64,000 nucleotides of DNA from Verrucomicrobiota bacterium. Its GTDB lineage: Bacteria; Verrucomicrobiota; Verrucomicrobiia; Limisphaerales; JADLHS01. Position numbers and translations under genes: made by a program. The notes under the pieces are model-generated. The model was given only the letters and a program-made list of their open reading frames with translations, did no database searches and was not told where the DNA came from. The stretch is from assembly GCA_013140495.1 (NCBI GenBank), contig JABFSR010000015.1:11210-75209 (forward strand), read 5' to 3'. Below are positions 27,708 to 35,495 of this stretch, piece by piece (positions within the stretch are counted from its first letter, which is position 1; the number at the start of each line of letters is the position of its first letter).

Positions 27708-28700
27708 ATGACCACCGCTGAACTACTCGAAACCGTCCGTCGCGTCGAGGTGCGCACCAACCGCCTCGTCAACGATACGATGGTCGGCGCGTATTTGAGC
27801 CAGTTCCGCGGGCGCGGCATGGACTTCGAGGAGTTGCGCGAATACATGCCCGGCGACGACGTGCGTGACATTGATTGGAACGTCACCAATCGTATGGGCC
27901 GCCCGTTCGTGAAACGCTTCCGCGAGGAACGCGAACTGGGCATGGTGCTCGCCATTGATGTTTCTGCGTCGTCCGCATTCGGTTCGGTCCGGCGCACCAA
28001 ACGCGAGTTCGCCACCGAGATCGCTGCCACGCTCGCCATCTCCGCCGCGCGAGCGAGCGACAAGGTGGCGTTGCTGCTGTTCACCGAACAGGTGGAACTT
28101 TATCTCCCGCCACGCAAAGGCCGTCGCCACATCCTGCGGCTGATCCGGGAAATGCTCTCCTTCGAGCCAAAACATCGCGGCACGAACATTCCAGCAGCAT
28201 TGACGTTCTTGAATCACGTCCTCCCGCGCCGCTCGATGGTTTTCCTGCTGACGGACTTTTTGCATAGTTTCGGCAGCGAATCCGGAGCGCGGTTGTGGTC
28301 GCAGACCCAGCCGCAGCGCCCCACCAATCCTGAGAGTGCTGCGGCTGGTGCTTCGCACACAGCCGCGCTCCCCGCCCGCGATGCCATCCAGGAGATCGGC
28401 CTCACCAACGCGCGCCACGATCTCATCTGCGTCCACCTGCACGATCCGCGCGAAAGTTCGTTGCCGTCCGCCGGTTTGTTGACCATTGAAGACGCCGAAA
28501 CCGGCGAGCTGCTGGAGCTGGACACAAACCGTTCTGCCGTGCGTGAACAATTCTCCAAAACCAACACGGAGCGATTGGCGGAACTGGATCGCGCGCTTCA
28601 ACACGCGGGCGTGGACACCTTGCGCCTCAGCGCCGAACAATCCTTCGCCCAGACCCTGCAACATTTCTTTGAACTTCGGCGCGGAAGGAGGCGCGGGTGA
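27708..28700 (+). CDS. DUF58 (vWA-like) protein of the MoxR/Bat operon
   Basis: GRGMDFEELREYMPGDDVRDIDWNVTNRMGRPFVKRFREERE and LAIDVSAS. Confidence 0.9.
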   Translation: MTTAELLETVRRVEVRTNRLVNDTMVGAYLSQFRGRGMDFEELREYMPGDDVRDIDWNVTNRMGRPFVKRFREERELGMVLAIDVSASSAFGSVRRTKREFATEIAATLAISAARASDKVALLLFTEQVELYLPPRKGRRHILRLIREMLSFEPKHRGTNIPAALTFLNHVLPRRSMVFLLTDFLHSFGSESGARLWSQTQPQRPTNPESAAAGASHTAALPARDAIQEIGLTNARHDLICVHLHDPRESSLPSAGLLTIEDAETGELLELDTNRSAVREQFSKTNTERLAELDRALQHAGVDTLRLSAEQSFAQTLQHFFELRRGRRRG

Positions 28701-29581
28701 AGATCAAAATCCAAATGAAGGGCGTTTGGAGAATCCCAACGGGATTCCGGCTCAAAGCCCAAGGTTGCGAGGAACGAGCCACCTTGGGTCATCGTTTGGA
28801 AATGAATCCCAACCCCAACGGGGTTGTGTCATTTAATGCAATCTGGGCGACTCAACCCCGTTGGGGTTGTTTTCGATTTTGGCTGCGCACCCAGGGTAGC
28901 TCGTTCCTCGCAACCCTGGGCTGCATGACACAATCCCTTTGGGATTGGAGAAGCCCGGCCGACAAAATACAAGCCATCGCTTTGGACCATGCCCGTCATA
29001 CGTCATACGTCATACAGGTTTTGTTTCTAATTCCGTTTCTGGCATCTGCGCAAGCAACCAACGACATCCCACCGCTCCAACCCGCACTGCCGGAAATCCC
29101 GCCTACGTTATGGGAACAGCACACCGTGTTGATTGTTGTGTCAGGTGTCCTCGTCCTGGCGCTGCTTGCCGTTGCCATTTGGTGGTTGCTGCAACCCAAG
29201 CCAGCCATCCCGATGGCAATTGAAATCCAGACACGCCGCGAACTCGAAGCCCTCCGCCAACACGTCGAGGATGGACAAACCTTGAGCGAAATCACCCGCT
29301 GCCTGCGCCGCTACATCATCTTTGCATTTGGATTGCCACCGTTGGAACTTACCACCAGGGAATTTTGCCAGACCATATTGATCCACGAAAAGATTGGCCC
29401 TGAGCTTTCGTCTCACTTTGCCGAATTCCTGCTCAGGTGTGACGAGCGGAAGTTCGCACAATCGGACGGTCCTCCGTTGACCGGCACGGCAGAGCGCGCG
29501 TTGCAACTCTTGGAGCTTGGAGAAACCCGTCGCGCGTGCATACGTCAAGCTGCTGCTGGACAGACGGCGCAACCCGCATGA
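28697..29581 (+). CDS. DUF4381-like membrane protein of the Bat operon (start uncertain)
   Basis: TM segment VLIVVSGVLVLALLAVAIWWLL followed by RRELEALRQ. GTG 28697 overlaps the DUF58 stop (GTGA), but codons ~12-84 translate repeat family B. Alternative starts are ATG 28925 or TTG near 29021. Confidence 0.55.
   Translation: MKIKIQMKGVWRIPTGFRLKAQGCEERATLGHRLEMNPNPNGVVSFNAIWATQPRWGCFRFWLRTQGSSFLATLGCMTQSLWDWRSPADKIQAIALDHARHTSYVIQVLFLIPFLASAQATNDIPPLQPALPEIPPTLWEQHTVLIVVSGVLVLALLAVAIWWLLQPKPAIPMAIEIQTRRELEALRQHVEDGQTLSEITRCLRRYIIFAFGLPPLELTTREFCQTILIHEKIGPELSSHFAEFLLRCDERKFAQSDGPPLTGTAERALQLLELGETRRACIRQAAAGQTAQPA
28731..28948. repeat. Composite palindromic element (family B), MITE-like
   Basis: 32-nt arms at 28758-28789 and 28889-28920 are about 90% complementary. 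Nested palindromes: GAATCCCAACGGGATTC, CCCCAACGGGGTTG/CAACCCCGTTGGGG and AATCCCTTTGGGATT. Confidence 0.7.
28994..29014 (+). repeat. Heptanucleotide tandem repeat (CGTCATA) x3
   Basis: CGTCATA CGTCATA CGTCATA, read directly. It lies in the 5' region of the DUF4381-like ORF. Confidence 0.9.
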
Positions 29582-30618
29582 ACAGCAACTTCGAGTTTCA
29601 ATACCCGTGGGTGCTGGCGCTGCTAGCGTTGCTGCCGGCCTATGCATTCCTGCGCGGGCGTGTGGGAAAACATGCCGCGCTCACATTCTCCAGCGCGGAC
29701 ATTGCACGCGCCGCAGGAGCCACGGCAAAAGCCGCGGCAGGAAGGTTGTTGCTGTTTCTCAGACTGCTTATCGTCGCATTGCTGATTGTGGCATTGGCCG
29801 GTCCACGCTTCGCCAATGACCGCACCGAGACGCAGGCCAGCGGCGTGGACATCATGCTCGCGCTGGATTTGTCGTGGTCCATGATGGCTCTGGACATGAG
29901 CGGCTCCGGCGAACGCATCACACGCTTCGACATAGCATCGAAGGTGCTTGAAGAGTTCGTTCACAAACGTCCGAGCGATCGAATCGGCCTTGTGGCTTTT
30001 TCCGCCGTGCCGTACCTGGCAAGTCCGCCCACGCTCAACCACGACTGGCTGATTGAGAATTTGCGCCGCCTCCACGTGGGCATCATCCGTGAACTCGGCA
30101 CTGCCATTGGCGACGCCACCGCCGCTGCCGCCAAACGCCTCAAGGCCACCAAGGACAGCAAGAGCCGGCTCATCATCCTGCTTACGGACGGCGACAACAA
30201 CAAAGGCGACATTGATCCCGTGCCGGCAGCGCAACTCGCCGCAGCGCTCGGAGCAAAGGTTTACACCATCGGGATCGGCGTCGAGGAGCCGTGCCAGTTG
30301 CCGGCGTTCGATCCAGCCACAGGCAAGTTGCAACTGGATCCACAGGGCAGGATCATCCCGACGCTCACGTTGCAACCGGCGAACTACTCCGTGCTCAGCA
30401 AAATGTCCTCCCTCTCCAGAGCGCGCTCGTATCGCGCAAAAAACATCGGCGAGTTGCAGAGCATCTATGACGAGATTGATCGTCTGGAGAAAACCGAGGT
30501 GAAGTTGCGGCGGTACACTACCTACACGCCGCTGTTCCAATGGCCGCTGCTCACGGCGCTGGGGTTGTTCGCACTCGAATTGGTTCTGGCCAACACGCGT
30601 TTGAGGAGGGTGCCATGA
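29578..30618 (+). CDS. batA: BatA-like vWA-domain membrane protein
   Basis: N-terminal TM (FQYPWVLALLALLP), a vWA MIDAS-like motif DLSWSM, and LLTDGDNN. The start overlaps the upstream stop (ATGA). Confidence 0.85.
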   Translation: MNSNFEFQYPWVLALLALLPAYAFLRGRVGKHAALTFSSADIARAAGATAKAAAGRLLLFLRLLIVALLIVALAGPRFANDRTETQASGVDIMLALDLSWSMMALDMSGSGERITRFDIASKVLEEFVHKRPSDRIGLVAFSAVPYLASPPTLNHDWLIENLRRLHVGIIRELGTAIGDATAAAAKRLKATKDSKSRLIILLTDGDNNKGDIDPVPAAQLAAALGAKVYTIGIGVEEPCQLPAFDPATGKLQLDPQGRIIPTLTLQPANYSVLSKMSSLSRARSYRAKNIGELQSIYDEIDRLEKTEVKLRRYTTYTPLFQWPLLTALGLFALELVLANTRLRRVP

Positions 30619-32570
30619 ACTTCGCAGCACCCCATTTCGCCGACCCGCGCTGGCTCTTGCTTGCAGTGTTGTGCCCGTTGACGTTGATCGCGCTCCAACT
30701 TTACGCGATGCGCGCCCGGCAACAGCAACTCGCGAAGATCGCTTCACCTGACTTTCTCGTGAACCTCACGCAATCCCACAGTCCTGCCCGACGAGTGCTG
30801 AAAGACATATTGCTCGTGCTTGGTTTCGCTGGCATGGGCGTGGCGCTGGCCCGGCCACAATGGGGCGAACTCGAACTCGCGGGCGAAGAACTTGGCGAGG
30901 ACATCGTTTTTGCGGTGGATTGCTCCCGCAGCATGCTGGCGGCTGACGTTTCGCCGAATCGTCTCGAACGCGCCAAACTTGCCGTGAGTGATTACACACG
31001 ACGGCACGCACGCGGACGCATCGGTCTGGTAGCGTTCGCAGGTCAGGCATTTCTTCAATGCCCGCTGACGTTTGATCACGGTGCTTTCGAGGATTCATTG
31101 CGCGCTCTCGATGACAAAACAATTCCCGTTCAAGGCACGGACATCGGTCGCGCACTCGACGAGTCTTATCGAGCGATGGAAAAAATGGATCGCCGGAAAG
31201 TCATCGTGCTGCTCACCGACGGAGAGGATCTGGAAAAGTCGGGAGCCGGCATGGCGGCAAAACTTGCGCGCGAAGGGGTGGTCGTCTTTACCATCGGCGT
31301 CGGCACGGTGGCGGGAGCGGAGATTCGCGCACTGAATGATCAGGGCCAGGTTGACATTGTCCGCGACAGGAAGGGCGAAACGGTCCGGAGCCGCCTCGAC
31401 GAACCTGCCCTGCTCGCGATAGCACGCGCAACGAAAGGAAACTATTTTCCGCTGGGCCCGGTGGGTGAAGGTCTGGCGAAGGTTCGGTTGGCGGTGGATT
31501 CAACCGGAGTGGCGGGGAGCAATCAACCGGCTCGCAAACTCGGTGTCGAACGATTTCATTACCCGCTCGCCATCGCGCTGGCACTGCTGGTCGGAGAATC
31601 CCTCGTCGGCACGCGCCGGTTCTCCCGGGCGCGTCGGCATCTTGCCGGCGTGTTCCTGTTTGGCCTTGTAGCAATAAATGCAGACGCCACTGCGAATACG
31701 ACGACGAATTCCGTCTCCCAACCCGAACCTGCACCCGTCAACGCCCGCGATTTTTTCAACGCAGGCACTCGCAAATTGAATTCCGGTGATCTGCGCGACG
31801 CAGAACCGTTGTTGCAGACCGCGCTCGCACAGCAGGACGAACGGATACGCCCGGATGCGCTCTACAATCTGGGACTTGTTCGATTCAAACAGGGGGCGGA
31901 GGAGTTGAAGAAATCGCCGGACGCAAACCGGACCAAGGCGAGAAGCCGCAATGCATTGTCACAGGGTGAACAGGCCCTCACACGGGTCAACGACGCCCTT
32001 GAGGGTAATGACCTGCTCCAGATGTTGACTGCGTACCAGCGCGGGCGTGGAGCGAAAAAGGAATTGAAAGCAGCAAGCGAGCAGCTTCAGCGCGCCATGG
32101 AAATCCATGGCGTGACATTGCGCAAATGGCAGCGCGCACTGGGGGATTTTCAAGGCGCGGCGGAATTGAATCCGGCCGACACGAACGCTCAACACAACGC
32201 GAGGACGACCGAGCGGGCCATCGCAAAACTCGTGGACAGCTTGCGCGAAATGCAACAACTGGGGCAGGCGATGGGTGAGATGACCAAGGAACTTGGGGCC
32301 AAGTTGAAACAACTGCGCGGCATGATCCCTGACCCGCTGGCACCACCCGGCGGCGCAGGCGAGGACGAGGAAGATGAGGAACGTGATCAACCCAACGGCC
32401 CAAAGGAGGGACAGCGCGAGGAACGTGGCCGTGAGGGCGAAGAGAAAAGCATCTCACCTGAGGAAGCAGGCATGTTGCTCGAAGGATTCAAATTGGGAGG
32501 AGATCGTCGTCTGCCAATGGGGCAAGGCGAGCAAGGCAAACCAAAAGATCGTAAAGGGAGGGATTGGTGA
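30615..32570 (+). CDS. batB: BatB-like vWA + TPR protein
   Basis: FAVDCSRSM and LLTDGED vWA motifs, TPR segment, acidic tail. ATGA overlap with batA. Confidence 0.85.
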   Translation: MNFAAPHFADPRWLLLAVLCPLTLIALQLYAMRARQQQLAKIASPDFLVNLTQSHSPARRVLKDILLVLGFAGMGVALARPQWGELELAGEELGEDIVFAVDCSRSMLAADVSPNRLERAKLAVSDYTRRHARGRIGLVAFAGQAFLQCPLTFDHGAFEDSLRALDDKTIPVQGTDIGRALDESYRAMEKMDRRKVIVLLTDGEDLEKSGAGMAAKLAREGVVVFTIGVGTVAGAEIRALNDQGQVDIVRDRKGETVRSRLDEPALLAIARATKGNYFPLGPVGEGLAKVRLAVDSTGVAGSNQPARKLGVERFHYPLAIALALLVGESLVGTRRFSRARRHLAGVFLFGLVAINADATANTTTNSVSQPEPAPVNARDFFNAGTRKLNSGDLRDAEPLLQTALAQQDERIRPDALYNLGLVRFKQGAEELKKSPDANRTKARSRNALSQGEQALTRVNDALEGNDLLQMLTAYQRGRGAKKELKAASEQLQRAMEIHGVTLRKWQRALGDFQGAAELNPADTNAQHNARTTERAIAKLVDSLREMQQLGQAMGEMTKELGAKLKQLRGMIPDPLAPPGGAGEDEEDEERDQPNGPKEGQREERGREGEEKSISPEEAGMLLEGFKLGGDRRLPMGQGEQGKPKDRKGRDW

Positions 32571-32611
32571 TGCCTATTGAAATGAAAAATCTGATTTCCG
32601 CAGCACAAGTT

Positions 32612-32720
32612 GGGAAAGCTCCAACATCCAAGCACCAAGCTCCAGAGAAACCTCAATATCCAAACAGCAGTCGAGAGAGAGTGTTGGAGCTTGGAGCTTG
32701 GATGTTGGTGATTGGTGCTT
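32612..32720. repeat. Palindromic repeat family A, copy 3 (at the batB/batD junction)
   Basis: Arms at 32612-32666 and 32681-32720. Identical 18-nt core at 32693-32710. Confidence 0.75.
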
Positions 32721-34507
32721 CGCTGTTGCTGCTGCTACGTATTGACACTTATGCCCAGTCACCCGCACCGCAGCCCGACCCGTTGATGCAGTTGATGATT
32801 TTGCAGCCGCAGATTGACGTTTCATCCGCAGTCGAGGCTCTCGCAATGTTTGACCCGCCAGTCATCCGCGCGGGCGAGTCGGCGACGTACCGTGTTTCGA
32901 TCAATGCACTCAAAGATTCCGTCGCATGGCCCGAGCAAATTGCGACGCCAGCCAAGCTGTTGATCAAGGCTACAGCGCGCGGTGAACTTTTTTCGCAAGC
33001 AGGCAACAAGCTCAAGCCACTCTCGAGCTTCAACCACCGCGTCGGCGCCGTGGAGCCCGGGTCGTATTCAATTCCCGGGTTCGCCGTTGAAGTCTATGGC
33101 AGGTCAGTAACCGTTCCCGCCGCCACGCTCACCGTTCTGCCGAAGACCGCGCCCCCTCCACCTGCATCCACGAGACTTGTCATCGAACCCGGCGCAACGA
33201 ACGTCTTCACCGGCCAGCCCGTTTCAGTGCGAGTAACCGTGCAGACTCCAAGCGGAAGTATTAACCAGGGCTTGACGCAGGTGAAAATCAACGGCGATGG
33301 GTTTCTCACCGACAACTCAAGCGCGAGACAAGCCATTTCCATGCAGCCACACAACGGCACGAACGTGGCGGTTTATTCCTACGAAGTTGTTTTGATCCCG
33401 CTCACTACCGGGCCACTGGAAGTGTCGGCGCAAGGCTTCACCGGCGGCAACCAGTTTGGCGGGCCACTTGCCGTCCAAGTACAGAGTTCGCCAACCGGCA
33501 GCCCGCCACAGCCCGTCCTCCTCGACTCCGATCCTGTCACACTCCGGGTAAATCCGCTGCCATCAGCAGGCAAGCTGCCCGGCTTCACCGGCTTTATAGG
33601 AACGCTCACGAGCGATCCACCTGTAATTGCAACGAACATGGCCCGCGTAGGTGATCCCGTAAAAATGACCGTAACATTTCACAGCCAGGGAAGTCTCACA
33701 CGTTTTGTACCGCCTCCTGCACCAACAGTGCGTGAGTGGCAAACGTTTCCACCATCGCCCACACCAACCAGGGCACCGAACAGCGTGAACTACACCTTCA
33801 CCTTGACGCCGCTCACGAATGGTACACTGACCACGCCTCGAATTCCTTTCAGCTACTTTGATCCTCAACGCGCGACCTATGTTGACCTGACCATTCCGGC
33901 AGTTGCACTGTTTGTCACCAACTCGGAGTCCGTGGTGGATGCGGAGGCATGGTTGCTTGCGAATACACTTTCTGAGTCCGAGAACAATAGGAAGCCCACG
34001 CTCAGTCCGCTTGCAACAACACCAGGCCGCACGGCCTCCACTCTCATCCCCATGCAGACGCGCGCGAGTTTCGTCCTCATGCTGATGTCACCGCTTGTGG
34101 TTTTTGGCGCGCTGTCGGCATGGGATCGCAGACGGCGCTTCCTGGAACAGCATCCGGACATTGTGCGACGGCGCATGGCGCGACGCGCATTCAAACGCGA
34201 ACGTCGAGCGATGGAACAAGCCGCCGCGAGAGGTGATGCCATGGGGTTCGCAGCGCGGGCAGTCAACGCGATGCGCGTGGCCTGTGCGCCACATTTCCCC
34301 GCCGAGCCGCGTGCGCTCGTAGGCAGCGACGTGCTGACGTTGCTTGATCAAGCCTCGCGCAATGGCCGTGTAGGCGAAGTCGTGCGAACACTCTTTGCTG
34401 TGACGGATGAATCTCAATTTGGCAGGACGACTGTGGAGGTGGAGGGGTTGTTGAAGTTGCGGACGGATCTGAATCGCGTGCTGGACGAACTGGAGGCGAA
34501 GTTGTGA
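32702..34507 (+). CDS. batD: BatD-like oxygen-tolerance protein
   Basis: Signal peptide MLVIGASLLLLLRIDTYAQS, long beta-rich ectodomain, and a C-terminal TM FVLMLMSPLVVFGALSAW followed by RRRR. Alternative upstream starts at 32570 and 32582 would translate the repeat. Confidence 0.7.
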   Translation: MLVIGASLLLLLRIDTYAQSPAPQPDPLMQLMILQPQIDVSSAVEALAMFDPPVIRAGESATYRVSINALKDSVAWPEQIATPAKLLIKATARGELFSQAGNKLKPLSSFNHRVGAVEPGSYSIPGFAVEVYGRSVTVPAATLTVLPKTAPPPPASTRLVIEPGATNVFTGQPVSVRVTVQTPSGSINQGLTQVKINGDGFLTDNSSARQAISMQPHNGTNVAVYSYEVVLIPLTTGPLEVSAQGFTGGNQFGGPLAVQVQSSPTGSPPQPVLLDSDPVTLRVNPLPSAGKLPGFTGFIGTLTSDPPVIATNMARVGDPVKMTVTFHSQGSLTRFVPPPAPTVREWQTFPPSPTPTRAPNSVNYTFTLTPLTNGTLTTPRIPFSYFDPQRATYVDLTIPAVALFVTNSESVVDAEAWLLANTLSESENNRKPTLSPLATTPGRTASTLIPMQTRASFVLMLMSPLVVFGALSAWDRRRRFLEQHPDIVRRRMARRAFKRERRAMEQAAARGDAMGFAARAVNAMRVACAPHFPAEPRALVGSDVLTLLDQASRNGRVGEVVRTLFAVTDESQFGRTTVEVEGLLKLRTDLNRVLDELEAKL

Positions 34508-35259
34508 AGGTGGACCAAATGCCAATCCTTGGGAGCGCCGGCACCACCGCCATCCTGTTGCTCGCACTTGTTGTCCGGGCGGAGGTGGCCGTTGGCGAAC
34601 ATTCCTTCTCCGCCGGTGTGACGGCTTACGAGAGAGGCGACTTTGACACTGCGGCCCGGGCGTTTCATGACTCAGCTTCGGCTCAACCTGCCGCCGGAAC
34701 TTTTCTCAATCTCGGCAATGCCGAGTGGAAGCGCGAGCGTAAGGCAGGCGCGATTCTCGCCTGGGAACGCGCCCTCTGGCTGAATCCGCGCGAAGGAAAC
34801 GCAAAGACCAATCTCGCGTTCGCACGCTCCACGGCCCAACTGGAATCCCCACAGCTCGCATGGCATGAAGTCGCCTCCACATGGCTGCCAGCAGATGCAT
34901 GGGTGTGGATTGCGGCAGTCAGCTTATGGCTGACAGGGGCGATGCTGGTGTTGCCGGGAATTTTCCGCGGGCGCAAATCATCCTGGCATCAGGGCGTGGC
35001 TGCGCTTGGGTTGGGCGTGTTCATCCTGAGCCTCCCGGCCAACTTCGGCGTCATCACGCGTTCAAGAACGGGATTCATCACCGCGATGGAAACACCACTC
35101 CGTCTTACACCAACAGCCAATGCTGAAATGGTCACAAAACTGTCAGCCGGTGAACCGGCTCGATTGATTCGAACGCGTGGAAATTTTCTTTTTATCCGGA
35201 CGAGTCATGCGGAGGGATGGGTTGCGAGTGAGGAGTTGGAACTGATCTGCGGTCGGTAA
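34504..35259 (+). CDS. batE: BatE-like TPR + SH3b protein
   Basis: TPR (GDFDTAARAFHDS...LNLGNAEW), two TM segments, and a C-terminal SH3-like FLFIRTSHAEGWVASEELE. GTGA overlap with batD. Confidence 0.75.
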   Translation: MKVDQMPILGSAGTTAILLLALVVRAEVAVGEHSFSAGVTAYERGDFDTAARAFHDSASAQPAAGTFLNLGNAEWKRERKAGAILAWERALWLNPREGNAKTNLAFARSTAQLESPQLAWHEVASTWLPADAWVWIAAVSLWLTGAMLVLPGIFRGRKSSWHQGVAALGLGVFILSLPANFGVITRSRTGFITAMETPLRLTPTANAEMVTKLSAGEPARLIRTRGNFLFIRTSHAEGWVASEELELICGR

Positions 35260-35341
35260 CCCTGCCTGATTCGTTTTTGTTGTAGTCCTCGAATATCGCA
35301 CCGGCTTTTCGAGGACTACGTCAAGGAGACTCAATGTAAAA

Positions 35342-35365
35342 CGACGGTGCAAATGTGCAGATTGG
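35342..35365 (+). repeat. Left terminal inverted repeat / transposase-binding site
   Basis: CGACGGTGCAAATGTGCAGATTGG, bracketed by GAGACTC (35326) and GAGTCTC (35365). Confidence 0.55.
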
Positions 35366-35495
35366 AGTCTCAGTTTCAAAACCGCAGTGGATAGGGAAAT
35401 AGCGCCCGGGGTTCATTCCGGTTTTCTCAGCCTTCCCGATCTTGACCGGGAAAAGCGCTTTGTCGTGGCGCGCGAAGGCGCGCAGCGAAATTGGT

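Noticed and set aside
35282-35319. 12-bp-stem hairpin (GTAGTCCTCGAA...TTCGAGGACTAC) after batE as a rho-independent terminator
   Set aside because: No U-run follows the stem on either strand (the T-run precedes it on the plus strand). It may still be structural, but it cannot be called a terminator with confidence.
35372-35384. 13-nt match TTCAAAACCGCAG also present near 63945
   Set aside because: Tens of 13-nt matches are expected by chance in a 64-kb window (both strands), and there is no extended similarity.
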